64,000 nucleotides of DNA from Treponemataceae bacterium (GCA_963667725.2 CAXXHO010000005.1:1248001-1312000), one strand, 5' to 3'; shown: positions 1 to 10,094, counted from the stretch's first letter. The notes: a model not told the origin generated them from the sequence alone. Numbers and translations: made by a program.

Positions 1-192
1 TAGCGCCTCGCGGACCGGGATTCGGCTGACGTCGAACATTTGCGCCAGTTCTCGCTCGGAGGGCAGGGGATCTCCTTCCTTGAGTTTCCCCGTCCTGAGC
101 CATTCTCTTATCCTGCCGAAAATCTGATTGTACAAGGCGTTGCTGTCATTGGCGATGATTTTGTCCAGCGGTTGAACTTCCTCACTCAGCAC
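1..192 (-). CDS. GntR/FadR-family transcriptional regulator, N-terminal part (runs off the window edge; not in ORF track)
   Basis: Manual translation from GTG at 192, with AGGAG SD upstream: ...LYNQIFGRIREWLRTGKLKEGDPLPSERELAQMFDVSRIPVREAL, the classic GntR wHTH signature. Confidence 0.9.
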   Translation of the reverse strand, partial: MLSEEVQPLDKIIANDSNALYNQIFGRIREWLRTGKLKEGDPLPSERELAQMFDVSRIPVREAL

Positions 193-291
193 ATTTTTCT
201 CCTGGGTCTATTTTATTATCTCTTCGGCATATCGTCCATCAAGAGTGCTCTGATACTATATCCGCAATTCGAAAAAAAGTAATGCGCCGGT

Positions 292-1200
292 TTACGGAAC
301 TTGCTTCTTGCCGAGTCGGCGACGAAGCCTGGCGGTAAGCTCGTCCACTTCGGCGGAGTATTCGCCGCTGTCGAAAAGCATCGCCTTCGTCTGAAGGATA
401 GCCCCGCGGATCGACACGCAAATCCTGTACATGGGATCGTTCTTTTCGTCGAGGAAGAGGAGTTCGTCAGGGATTCTTAGCTGATTCCCGTTCCAGAACG
501 AATCGTCGTCGGGAATCGCGAACTTGGCGACGAGTCTTCTGTTGAAATCCAGTTCATTCTTGTCGTCGTAATTGTCGGTTATATCGGTGGTGCCGGCGAG
601 AAAACCTTCCTGAAAGTAGGGCCGCAGCGCCAGCGAAGGACAGGCGCTCAATAGCCTGATGTTGACGATCTCCTGCTCGGAGTTGATGGAAATCCCGTTG
701 GGCATGTAGGGCAGGGCGAGAACATAGACATAGGCTTCGGCGGCTTCCCCGCTGGATTGGGCAAAAGAGCAGGCGACCCTGAGCGATTGGGTCAGGTCCA
801 AAAGCGGGGTCTCATGTACTTCATAGTGCTGGATGAGCGACCATTGGATGTATTGCTTCCTGCGTATCTCGTCGGCGGCGCGGCGGTCATGCTTTTTCGT
901 CTCGTCCACAAGAAGCGTGGAAATCTCCCTGAGCAGGGCGAAATCGTAGTCCAGCTTGGTCTTGGAGATAATGTTTTTTCTGTAGAGAGAGGGATAGAGG
1001 CTGCTCGCCCCCGCCTTGTTCCGGTGATCCCTGGCCTGGCCGCGGAAAAAAAGCAGGCAGTCCCTGTTCAGATAGGAGAGCTCCGCCACGATTTTCATCA
1101 GCTCATTGTAGGTTGCCACGGGATAGGCATCGCTTCGCGGCACCGAATCCCTGTAATGTCGCTTCAGCGGTTCCGTCAGTTGGGGCGTAATTTCTTTCAT
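292..1200 (-). CDS. FRG domain-containing protein
   Basis: FFRGQ, LYPSLYR and IQHYEVHETPLLDLTQSLRVACSFA motifs, plus QEG. Confidence 0.85.
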   Translation of the reverse strand: MKEITPQLTEPLKRHYRDSVPRSDAYPVATYNELMKIVAELSYLNRDCLLFFRGQARDHRNKAGASSLYPSLYRKNIISKTKLDYDFALLREISTLLVDETKKHDRRAADEIRRKQYIQWSLIQHYEVHETPLLDLTQSLRVACSFAQSSGEAAEAYVYVLALPYMPNGISINSEQEIVNIRLLSACPSLALRPYFQEGFLAGTTDITDNYDDKNELDFNRRLVAKFAIPDDDSFWNGNQLRIPDELLFLDEKNDPMYRICVSIRGAILQTKAMLFDSGEYSAEVDELTARLRRRLGKKQVP

Positions 1201-1308
1201 GATCTTCTCTCTATGATAGGCAGCCGCCGCGTAAAGTCAACCGCGGCGCGACGGCGCCGCGGTTCAGCATCCTAATTACCGCAATAAACGCTCAATATAC
1301 ACGAGTTG

Positions 1309-1344
1309 AAAACGGGGCATCCGGGGCTTGCCTCCGGACGCCCC
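1309..1344 (-). terminator. Intrinsic terminator after the S8 protease
   Basis: GGGGCGTCCGG...CCGGATGCCCC stem followed by TTTT on the minus strand. Confidence 0.7.
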
Positions 1345-1369
1345 TGCCTTCACTCTCTTTGCCCGCTAT

Positions 1370-3523
1370 TTAGGGCATCACAAAATAGAAGTAATCGGCG
1401 TCTCCATGATAGAAACCGTAATCGGTGCCGACCTCGACTAGTTTGGCCGTCGCCAGGGTGTCATTGTCTTCGAATTCATCGTCGAGACCAGCCCCGCGGC
1501 CATTCGTCGTGTCAACTGAATACATCCCTATGAACCCCAGATTGAGGCCGTACTCTCCAGTCGCCCCATCGTACTGCGTGATCCCCACTTTATAGGTTTT
1601 GCCGCTTTCAAGACCTGTAACGCTAATCGTGTCTAGGTAACTATAATCGTAGCTATTCACGAGCACATTATCCGCGTCGTCGTAGAGCGAGATCACGGTG
1701 TCGGCCAAGGTCTCCTCATTCGGATCCTCGGCGAGGTTCGGAACCGTCTGGATAAGCAGCGGCGCGGCTTCATTGAACTCAAGAGTGATCCCTTTGTCGG
1801 TGCTGTTGTCCACGGTGAAGGGTTGCTCGGCCATGGTCCCGAGATAGTTCGTTCTGGCGGTGTAAGTGCCCGGCTTGAGCAGCTTGAATTCCGCGGCTCC
1901 CTCTGAAGCGTTTGTTATTCCGAGACAGACGTACACACCGTCGCTGTCGTAGAGGTAGACGGATTGGCCTACGACCGCGTCGGGATAGCCAGTTATACCA
2001 GATCCGTACTGGGCATTGGTGTTATTCACATAGACGGAGACGGTCTTCGTGCTATAGGTTGCTCCAAGGTTAGGTATAATCCCGCCATTGAGAATCTGCG
2101 CTGCGGCCTTTACGTTGACCAAGCCATATCCGGTATCCTCATCCCAACCCGAAGCGCCGATATCGGTGGCCGTCGATTCGATGATGCTGCGGATCTGATC
2201 AGGCTTGAGCGTCGGGTTGAAGGTTAGCAGGTAGGCTACCGTGCCGGTCACGAAAGGAGCGGCCATCGAAGTGCCGGACATATCCAGGTACGTATCGCTC
2301 GTTCCATTGCCGGTTGAGTAGATGTTGTAGCCTGGCGCGGAGACCGAGATGAAATTTCCGCTGGTAGAGAACGATACCTTGGTGCCATCGGCTTTTGTGG
2401 CGCCGATCGCCAGCACGCCCGTATAAGCGGCCGGGTACTGCGGGGCGTTGTAGCCGCTGTTGCCCATCGAAGCGACCACCATAATATCTTCGTCCAGCGC
2501 CTGGTTGATCATGTCCAGCTCGAAATAGCCGGCATAGGAACTTCCAAGCGACATGTTGACGGGAATGGTTTGCGTAACGCTGTTGGTCTGTTTCCAGGAA
2601 ATGAGGTCCGCGAGACCGCCGTAGACCGCCCAGTCGGAACCTGAGCCGCTGGCAGCCGAGTCAGAGAAGCACTTGTATGAGATAAGCTTCACATTTTTCC
2701 ATGCGACGCCAGCCACGCCCTTGCCGTTGTTGCCTAGGGCCGCGATAGTGCCCGCGGTGTGGGTGCCATGCCCCTCCTCATCCCAGTCTTCATTCTCGGG
2801 CACGTCCACGAGCGCTCCGCCGTTCCCTACGAAAGCGAAGGTGTTGCCTCCATCGGAAGAGGCAAAAGCGCTCTTCGCGTACTCGATTATCTGGTCGCCA
2901 TTGCCGTCGATAAAGTCCTCGTGAATCCGGTTAATGCCCGTATCGATGTCGGCGACATAGACCGTGTTGGCGCCGACGTCATAAGCTTGATAGGCTTCGA
3001 TAGCCTTAGTGGTCTCAAAGTGGCCGAAGCGTCCCCATGTCTCTGGATCGTTGAAGAAGGCGGCGATGGCGGCCGCGTCGCGGCTCGTCGCCTTGTCGAT
3101 AGCAGCCTCCGATGAGCTTTCATCGTCCGGCAATTTGGAGACGAGTTCGTGTTGGGCGTAGACTACCCCGGCGGTGTGCCGGAGGCGGGCGACAAGCTTT
3201 ACCGTTTCGCTCTTTTTATACAGCCTATAGTATTCCGAGCCGTTGAGGCTGAAGTGGCCAGAGACAGCAGCGCCGTAACGCGTGAAACGGTCGGCGTCGA
3301 AGCCCGAGGCTACCTTGACGATAACAAAGTCTGCGTTCACCTCACCCGCGGCGGCGGCTATCGTCAGTTCCGCCTCGTCGGATGGTTCGAACATGACATA
3401 GGGAGTCATGGACCGCGCGGCGGCTGACGTCGAGCCCGAGATCGCGAACAGGCCGCAGCCCGTTAAGACGCTGGCTGCCAATATCGCCGCGAATGTCATT
3501 ATAATAGTAGGTTTCTTGTTCAT
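1370..3523 (-). CDS. S8 (subtilisin-family) serine protease lipoprotein, dentilisin PrtP/fervidolysin-like
   Basis: Catalytic triad motifs DIDTG, HGTHTAG and GTSMAAP; lipobox LTGC; GAGGAG SD before ATG 3523. Confidence 0.9.
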   Translation of the reverse strand: MNKKPTIIMTFAAILAASVLTGCGLFAISGSTSAAARSMTPYVMFEPSDEAELTIAAAAGEVNADFVIVKVASGFDADRFTRYGAAVSGHFSLNGSEYYRLYKKSETVKLVARLRHTAGVVYAQHELVSKLPDDESSSEAAIDKATSRDAAAIAAFFNDPETWGRFGHFETTKAIEAYQAYDVGANTVYVADIDTGINRIHEDFIDGNGDQIIEYAKSAFASSDGGNTFAFVGNGGALVDVPENEDWDEEGHGTHTAGTIAALGNNGKGVAGVAWKNVKLISYKCFSDSAASGSGSDWAVYGGLADLISWKQTNSVTQTIPVNMSLGSSYAGYFELDMINQALDEDIMVVASMGNSGYNAPQYPAAYTGVLAIGATKADGTKVSFSTSGNFISVSAPGYNIYSTGNGTSDTYLDMSGTSMAAPFVTGTVAYLLTFNPTLKPDQIRSIIESTATDIGASGWDEDTGYGLVNVKAAAQILNGGIIPNLGATYSTKTVSVYVNNTNAQYGSGITGYPDAVVGQSVYLYDSDGVYVCLGITNASEGAAEFKLLKPGTYTARTNYLGTMAEQPFTVDNSTDKGITLEFNEAAPLLIQTVPNLAEDPNEETLADTVISLYDDADNVLVNSYDYSYLDTISVTGLESGKTYKVGITQYDGATGEYGLNLGFIGMYSVDTTNGRGAGLDDEFEDNDTLATAKLVEVGTDYGFYHGDADYFYFVMP

Positions 3524-3537
3524 TGCTTTGCTCCTCG

Positions 3538-5523
3538 TCATTCCACCGTGAACGAGAACCAGCCGTTAAGCGTCTGCTGGCCGTTCTGGTACACGTCGGC
3601 ATACGAGCGGGAGACACAGTTCGTGCCGCTCTTGATAAAATATGCCGCCACATTAGTACTGGCGCTCCCTTCATAATCTCCGAATATGTCCCAGTAGTAG
3701 GTTACGCCAGATTCAAGTTGCAGAGCATCTCCTGTAGCGCGGTTCGTGGCGGCGTTGAAAAGCGCGGGCTTGAGACTGACGATCCCCGTGGCGGAGTCCA
3801 CGGCAATATAATTGGCGACACTCGCCGCAGCATAATATAACCAAGTACTTCCTGACCAATAATAGAGTTTTCCGCTTGAGAAAGCATAGTACATGTACCC
3901 GTAATAAACATGGGTGCCATCGGCCGTTCTGATGACAGGCGAGAAATAGACTCCATCAGCGACTGCGGCATCATAGAGGTCGGGGTTGGAAATCTGCACG
4001 GTAAAGTCCGGCAAAGCAGTCGCATCAATGCTCTTCGTTTTATTTGCGGGACTCACGAGCGAGGCGGTAAATGCGGGCAAAAACTTTATAGGTCCCATAA
4101 CAGCGCTTTCATTTGTATGGGTGTCATCCGTGAAAGCCGTGATTTTATATTCGTACTCCACGCCTTCCTCGAGCTGCGAATCGGCGTCGTAATAGACATG
4201 CGTCCCGCCATAGCCTGTCGATAAGGTTCCGAAATTCTCGGTGCCGATTAAGGTCCAGTCGGCGCCGTTGTTTGATGAACGATACACCCGATAGCCGAGG
4301 ATGGGGACGGCGTTCCCGCCCGATGCGGCGTCTTGGAATGCGAAGGTGATAGCCGCTCTGTAGGAGATTGAGCCGCTTGCGAGTCCAGTGAGGGAGTCGG
4401 TCGTTTTCGTGTTCTTGAAGTAATCCCTAGAAACACCATAGATCCCCAACTCGGCTTTGAGGCTCTGGAAGTAATTAGCGGATATGTCGGCGCCGGTCGT
4501 GTTCGCGCCTGAGTTTGTCACGGCCAGATTCCGCTCAGTACGGTTGTTTGCGCGATCGTAGATGACGAAACTGAGCGTGTGCTCTCCGGGGACGATGTCC
4601 GCCCAAGAGATGCCGAAGTACGCCGTTCCGGTAAAAGTTCCGGCTGCCGAGTCGTAGGTAGAGGTGGAGAGGGTGGCATTCGGGGTATAGCCGCTGAAAA
4701 TGCTCGGCGTCTGGTCAAGGCCCATCTTGATTCCGAAGCCTGACCAGGAAGTTTCGTCCATCTCTGACTTGCCCGACGCTACAAGCTTAATATACTTGAT
4801 CGTCGAGAAATCAACGATGTTCCCGGAGACTATCGAGGTCCAAGCGGCGGTGGCGGGATCGGCGTCTGTCGTATATTGTATCGAGCCGATAATGGGCGAT
4901 TCAGCGGGGAAAGTACTCATGTCGAGCGTCGGGCAGATCATGGTCAGCGAGAGGCCGTTGGCCCCGGTGACGTTCTCTTTGGAGGATTGCGCGCGATTGG
5001 TTGGCGAGGCCTTGACGGTGTAGGTACTCCCCAGGGCGAGCCATAGCGGTTGGGGATTGGCGCTGAACGCGGCATCATATAATAGGCTACCACCTTGATA
5101 AATGTAGACCGTACCGCCGACGGGCAGTTTGCTGCCGTTTACGGAACCGATGATCTCGGTCTCGGCGTTAGCTTTGTAAACCGTTACCGTGTACGCCTTG
5201 ATATTCCCATCCTCAGCGGTGACCGTAGCCGTGAAAACGTTTGGGCCGACGACGAGATCGGTATCGGCAGCGACCTTGTTCCAGGCAAGGATAGCGGCAT
5301 CGTCGTTCACGTTCGCGACGATCGTAATCCTTGTCGTATTCTTATCCACGACAACAGTATACGACGTGGTGGAGCTAGAGAATGCTTTGTTCAACGTCTG
5401 ACCTGTAATGCTCAATGCGCTCAAGGTAGCGTCGGAGGATTTTGGGGCCGTCGGCTGGACGCATCCCGAGGCTATGAGAATAACCGCGACGATGACGGCA
5501 ATTCTCTTTAACGTCTTTTTCAT
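3538..5523 (-). CDS. Surface lipoprotein with an N-terminal cadherin-like beta-sandwich and an FN3-like region (PrcA-like partner of the protease)
   Basis: Lipobox ASGC; SSDATLSALSI...F....YTV...VTAEDG..YTVTV cadherin-like pattern; GYRVYRS...YEYKITAF FN3-like pattern; CAGGAG SD. Confidence 0.75.
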   Translation of the reverse strand: MKKTLKRIAVIVAVILIASGCVQPTAPKSSDATLSALSITGQTLNKAFSSSTTSYTVVVDKNTTRITIVANVNDDAAILAWNKVAADTDLVVGPNVFTATVTAEDGNIKAYTVTVYKANAETEIIGSVNGSKLPVGGTVYIYQGGSLLYDAAFSANPQPLWLALGSTYTVKASPTNRAQSSKENVTGANGLSLTMICPTLDMSTFPAESPIIGSIQYTTDADPATAAWTSIVSGNIVDFSTIKYIKLVASGKSEMDETSWSGFGIKMGLDQTPSIFSGYTPNATLSTSTYDSAAGTFTGTAYFGISWADIVPGEHTLSFVIYDRANNRTERNLAVTNSGANTTGADISANYFQSLKAELGIYGVSRDYFKNTKTTDSLTGLASGSISYRAAITFAFQDAASGGNAVPILGYRVYRSSNNGADWTLIGTENFGTLSTGYGGTHVYYDADSQLEEGVEYEYKITAFTDDTHTNESAVMGPIKFLPAFTASLVSPANKTKSIDATALPDFTVQISNPDLYDAAVADGVYFSPVIRTADGTHVYYGYMYYAFSSGKLYYWSGSTWLYYAAASVANYIAVDSATGIVSLKPALFNAATNRATGDALQLESGVTYYWDIFGDYEGSASTNVAAYFIKSGTNCVSRSYADVYQNGQQTLNGWFSFTVE

Positions 5524-5598
5524 TGTTTTCTCCTGTTTACTATACAAAGGCTCCTATTCGTCATCCGAATCGTTACTTTATTTTTTTATCATAGGTTG

Positions 5599-5627
5599 AT
5601 TTTGAAGCGCGCCAAAGCTCCTGTCAA
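5599..5627 (-). promoter_or_regulatory. Putative sigma70 promoter of the lipoprotein-protease operon
   Basis: TTGACA-N17-CAAAAT on the minus strand. Confidence 0.5.
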
Positions 5628-5742
5628 GTTTGTTTAGGTTTTTAATCCGGATTCTTATTTTAAAGAAATATTTCCTTTGGCTTAGCATGGCACCTTTCGG
5701 CGATGCGGTGTATCGCCAAAACGTGGTATTTGTTCCCCTTGC

Positions 5743-6426
5743 ATGGGGAACAGGAACAGGAGGTGGCTTACGCGTTACCGAGGACAATCGATTCGGATCG
5801 TCGCGCCGCTGACGACACTGCTTTTCATGGGAACGCTTGTCTTCCCGGCGGGTGCTCAAAGTTCCTTGCCGCCTGATGCGGCGCTCGGCGGAATTGGAGA
5901 AAAGGGTACGGCCCCGTATCCCAAGCCCGGCGTGTTACAAGGCAATGCGCTGAAGTCGGCGCTCATTGCCGCGACAATGCGGGCGATCGGCATGGAAATT
6001 CTGTATTCCGAGAACGAACTGCGCGCGGCCAAGGCGCGGTCCGGGGATTTTGCCGATATCGCTCGTCTTGATGAAAAAATCACGGACTTGAAAAACGAAC
6101 TTGCCAAAACCGCGCTTCTCGAACCTTCCGATTATTCTTTGCCTAAAACCAGGCGCGTTCGCGTCACTCCTAAAAAACCATACAGTTACGGCTCAAGCCT
6201 CGATATCGACGGAAGCGGTAAGAAGAACCCCGTTTATTATGCGGCGGGAATCCAGGGGGACGATTTCTCCATGCTCGAGGTAAGGAATAAATACGCGCTC
6301 ACGATTTATCTTCTGAGGCCAAAGGCTTTCGAGTCGGGTCAAAAAAAGGGCCATTATGTATTCATCATGGCTCCGTCGGGACCCGGTCCGGGCTTCAAGG
6401 CGCCCGATTCCACTAGCCAGCCATAA
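5743..6426 (+). CDS. Hypothetical exported protein
   Basis: 227-aa ORF with signal-peptide-like N-terminus (..VFPAGA-Q) and a short coiled-coil; start uncertain. Confidence 0.6.
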   Translation: MGNRNRRWLTRYRGQSIRIVAPLTTLLFMGTLVFPAGAQSSLPPDAALGGIGEKGTAPYPKPGVLQGNALKSALIAATMRAIGMEILYSENELRAAKARSGDFADIARLDEKITDLKNELAKTALLEPSDYSLPKTRRVRVTPKKPYSYGSSLDIDGSGKKNPVYYAAGIQGDDFSMLEVRNKYALTIYLLRPKAFESGQKKGHYVFIMAPSGPGPGFKAPDSTSQP

Positions 6427-6816
6427 GCGGGCAAGGCGATGGAATCCGCGCACACGAGTTGCGGATATTTTCGGATTACGGCGCAAAGGGGAATGAAGGC
6501 TGTTCACTTGCGGCACTTTTTTGAAATACGGTTAAAGAGTTTTATGGAGTTTCCTTGCCTTTGGCGATAAGCCGAGGCCTATTTCCCCTACGAAAAACAG
6601 CTAAAACTATTTGTTGGTCGTTGACGCGGAGTACCTCTCAGCTGCCATGATTTCCTATTGCGTGACGACAAAAGTCGCGGATTTTAACGAGAAAATAACT
6701 AAAATTATATTGTTCAAATTATATTGATAGTTAATTATAGAAATAATCATGAAGTGGTGGAATTTTCCTATTGCCCTCCTTGACTGATTTTGTAATCGGT
6801 ATTTATCTATAAGTAA

Positions 6817-6832
6817 TGTACTATATAGTACA
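6817..6832. promoter_or_regulatory. Perfect 16-bp palindrome, candidate operator
   Basis: TGTACTATATAGTACA in an AT-rich intergenic region about 50 bp upstream of the flavoprotein start. Confidence 0.6.
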
Positions 6833-6880
6833 ACCATTCTGTGCGAATGGGGTATTACTTCAGTCCTTGGAGGAAAGGAA

Positions 6881-8830
6881 TTGAAAAAGACCGTCAAGGG
6901 TTCGCTTCTCCTTCTGGCAGCTATCGTCGCGATGACGATGTTTTCCTGCCAGCAGGTCAAGCAATCCGCAAAGACCGAAACGCCGACACCGTCGGCGGTG
7001 ACATCGATGAAACCGGGCGTCTACAAGCAGACCGTAAAGGGCATGCACGATGGTCTCGTCGTCGAAGTCACGCTCTCCGAAAAGAAAATCGAAAAAGTCG
7101 TCGTCGTCGGGAACAACGACACGCCTGGAATCTCGGCCGGAGCGATCTCGACGCTTCCCGATAAAATCGTCGCAGCCCAGAGCCTGTCCATAGACACGGT
7201 TTCCGGCGCTACCATGACCAGCAGGGGAATTCTCGCCGCGGTCGGTCAAGCCATCGCGGCCGCGGGCGGCAAGGTCGAGGAATTCAAGATCGCGGGCAAA
7301 GAACCCGAAGCGACCACGGCGGCCAGTACAGCCGCTTCCACCGAAGCTATCGCCTCGACAGCGCTTCCCGCCAAATGGGATATGACCTACGACGTTGTCG
7401 TGGTCGGCGGCGGATTCGCCGGTCTCTCCGCTTCTCATAGCGCGGCCACCCACGGCGCGAAAACCGTCCTGGTCGAGAAAATGCCCTTCGTGGGCGGAAA
7501 CTCCCAGATCAACGGCGGCGTCTACGCGGCTTACACGAGCAAGCTCGCGGCCGATTTCCAGAAGAAGTTTAACCTTGTTCCGGACACCGCCGAAGCTCAT
7601 ATCGCCGACACCATGAAGGGCGGCGACTACATGAGCGACATCAAGCTCGTGAAGAACATGGTCTACGGATCTCCTTTCTATCTCGACATGCTTCTCAGCA
7701 ATGGCCTTAAGGTTCGCGAGAGCCTCACCAGGCCGGGCGGGCACTACGGCTACCGCACCTACACCACGATCAATGGCCAGGGCAGCGACATCGTCGAAGT
7801 CCAGAAGAAAATGTGCAAGGAAGCCGGCGTCGAGACGCTCGTAAACTCCAAGATGGTAAAAATCTACCGCGAAGGCGAACTCAAGGGTAAAGTCGTCGGA
7901 ATCGGCGTCGAGACCAAGTCCGGTTATAAAACCATCAAGGCGAACAAGGCGGTCATCCTCACCACCGGCGGATTCGCCGCTAACGTGGAGATGAGGTCCA
8001 AGCAGGTTCCCGCGCTCACCGCGGATCTCCCGACGACCAACCATGTAGGAGCGACCGGTGAAGGCATCACGATCGCTCAGGAAGTTGGCGCGAACACCAT
8101 GCAGATGAGCTATATCCAGCTATACCCTTTCGCCGACCCGAACAACGGCGTTCTCGACGCCTTCGCGGTCATTCCCTTCAGCGGACCTTCGGCCGGCATC
8201 GTCTACGTGAATGAGTACGGCAAGCGTTACGTCAACGAAGGCGAACGCCGCGACGTCTGCGCCAAGGCGGCCCAGGATTCCGGCGGGTTCCCCACCTTCT
8301 CCATCTTCGGCGAGGATATCTGCAAGAAAGGCGGCTTTATCACAGCGGAACAGCTTGCTGCGGGTATTCAGGCCGACCGTATCTTTGTGGCCGATACGCT
8401 TGAGCAGCTCGCCGCCGAGATCAACAAGCGCGCGTACAAGGGCGAGAAGGTCAACATGGATCCCGCGACTCTCGTCGCCACCATCGCCAAGCACAACGAG
8501 TATGTGAAGGCGCTCAAAGATCCCGATTTCGGCAAACGCATCGATAAGGGCGTCATGATGACCAGCGAGAAAGGCCCCTTCTATGCGATTCCGCAGTGGC
8601 CTTCGGTCCATCACACGATGGGCGGCGTCACGATCACCGAAAAGACTGAAGTTCAGGATATTTACGGCAAGGTTATCCCCGGGCTCTTCGCTGCTGGCGA
8701 AGTAACCGGCGGCGTCCATGGCACGAACCGCCTCGGCTCCAACGCCGTAGCCGACTGCGTGGCCAACGGCTACATCGCCGGGCAAATGGCCTCGACCGGC
8801 ACGCTCCCCGATTTTATCAAGGGTAAGTGA
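6881..8830 (+). CDS. Flavocytochrome c-type (urocanate/fumarate reductase family) lipoprotein with an N-terminal FMN-binding domain
   Basis: Lipobox FSC; DTVSGATMTS flavinylation motif; DVVVVGGGFAG FAD motif; HHTMGG and GVHGTNRLGSNA; TTG start after GGAGG/AAGGA. Confidence 0.9.
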   Translation: MKKTVKGSLLLLAAIVAMTMFSCQQVKQSAKTETPTPSAVTSMKPGVYKQTVKGMHDGLVVEVTLSEKKIEKVVVVGNNDTPGISAGAISTLPDKIVAAQSLSIDTVSGATMTSRGILAAVGQAIAAAGGKVEEFKIAGKEPEATTAASTAASTEAIASTALPAKWDMTYDVVVVGGGFAGLSASHSAATHGAKTVLVEKMPFVGGNSQINGGVYAAYTSKLAADFQKKFNLVPDTAEAHIADTMKGGDYMSDIKLVKNMVYGSPFYLDMLLSNGLKVRESLTRPGGHYGYRTYTTINGQGSDIVEVQKKMCKEAGVETLVNSKMVKIYREGELKGKVVGIGVETKSGYKTIKANKAVILTTGGFAANVEMRSKQVPALTADLPTTNHVGATGEGITIAQEVGANTMQMSYIQLYPFADPNNGVLDAFAVIPFSGPSAGIVYVNEYGKRYVNEGERRDVCAKAAQDSGGFPTFSIFGEDICKKGGFITAEQLAAGIQADRIFVADTLEQLAAEINKRAYKGEKVNMDPATLVATIAKHNEYVKALKDPDFGKRIDKGVMMTSEKGPFYAIPQWPSVHHTMGGVTITEKTEVQDIYGKVIPGLFAAGEVTGGVHGTNRLGSNAVADCVANGYIAGQMASTGTLPDFIKGK

Positions 8831-8891
8831 GCGGTGACGAAGCGATAAAGCTTGCGTCATGGATGCGCCGCTTTATGACGCGGTGCTTATA

Positions 8892-8935
8892 AGGAAGGCC
8901 CGCCCCCCGTATCAGGGGGGCGGGCCTTCCTGTTT
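8892..8935 (+). terminator. Intrinsic (probably bidirectional) terminator
   Basis: 17-bp stem AGGAAGGCCCGCCCCCC/GGGGGGCGGGCCTTCCT between convergent genes. Confidence 0.85.
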
Positions 8936-9017
8936 GTAGGGCGCGGCGTTTGGCCCTGTCGTCTACGGCTTAGCGTGGCTCACAGCGTCGCGCCACGTCT
9001 CCGAGAAGCGCCTATAC

Positions 9018-10094
9018 CTATAGCTCCATATGCATGGCGGCGCGGACTTCCTGGAGCGTGCCGATGGCCAAGGCTCTCGCGTTCTCGATGCCGTCCAGGA
9101 GCACCGACCTGATGTAGGCGGGGTCGGCCTCGAGCCTTGTGCGCTCGGCGCGCAAGGGGCGCAGGTATTCGTTGAGCGACTCCGTCAGGGTACGCTTGAG
9201 GGCGCCCGATCCCTGGTCTGCGATCCGGGCGGCAATAGCCGCCGGATCGTCGCCCGTGCAGAGCGAGCAGATCAGGAGCAGATTGGAGACTTCGGGGCGC
9301 TTTACGGGGTCATAAGTTATCGTGCGATCCGCGTCCGTCTTGGCTTTTTTGATGAGGGCAGCGGTTTCGTCTTCGGTGGAGCAGAGCATGATGGCGTTGT
9401 TTCGGCTCTTGCTCATTTTTTGGCCGCCGTCGAGGCCGAGAATGGTGGGCGCCGCGCTCAGCAGGGCTTGGGGTTCCGGAAACACGGGCTTGCCGGCGGC
9501 GAAACGCTCGTTGAACCGGCGCGCTATGACGCGGGTCAGCTCGAGGTGGGGCAGCTGATCCTTGCCCACGGGGACGGTATTGCCCTTGCAGAAGAGAATG
9601 TCCGCGGCCTGGTGAACGGGATAGGTGTACATGCCGGCGGTTATGTTCTTCATGCCCGAGGCGGCGATTTCTTCCTTGACCGTTGGATTGCGGTTCAATT
9701 CCGCGTTGGTGACGAGGGTGAGGAAGGGCAGGAGAAGCTGGTTTAGCTCGGGCACGTGGCTGTGCGGGAATATATGCGTTTTCCCGTTTGGGATGAGCCC
9801 CGCCGCGATATAGTCGATGGTCAGCTCGCGCGTGTTTTCGGCGATGGCCTCGAAGGTTTCGCGGTCGGTGAGAACCTGGTAATCGGCGATGACGATATAG
9901 GTGGTGACGCCGAGTCTCGCGAGCCGCACGCGGTTCTGCAGGGAACCGAACAGATGCCCGATATGCAGACGTCCGGTGGGTCTGTCGCCCGTCAGCACCC
10001 TGTATCGTTCGGGGTGCGATGGGATATCTTTTTCCATGGCCGCGCTTTTCGCGGCGGCCGCTTCGAATGACCCATATTCCATTTCGTCGGACAT
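9018..10094 (-). CDS. trpS: Tryptophan--tRNA ligase
   Basis: TGDRPTGRLHIGH (HIGH), VPVGKDQLPHLE, KMSKS; start at MSDEM with GGAG SD. Confidence 0.95.
   Translation of the reverse strand: MSDEMEYGSFEAAAAKSAAMEKDIPSHPERYRVLTGDRPTGRLHIGHLFGSLQNRVRLARLGVTTYIVIADYQVLTDRETFEAIAENTRELTIDYIAAGLIPNGKTHIFPHSHVPELNQLLLPFLTLVTNAELNRNPTVKEEIAASGMKNITAGMYTYPVHQAADILFCKGNTVPVGKDQLPHLELTRVIARRFNERFAAGKPVFPEPQALLSAAPTILGLDGGQKMSKSRNNAIMLCSTEDETAALIKKAKTDADRTITYDPVKRPEVSNLLLICSLCTGDDPAAIAARIADQGSGALKRTLTESLNEYLRPLRAERTRLEADPAYIRSVLLDGIENARALAIGTLQEVRAAMHMEL

Noticed and set aside
40..282. 80-aa plus-strand ORF from the track
   Set aside because: Antisense to a clear GntR HTH gene on the minus strand
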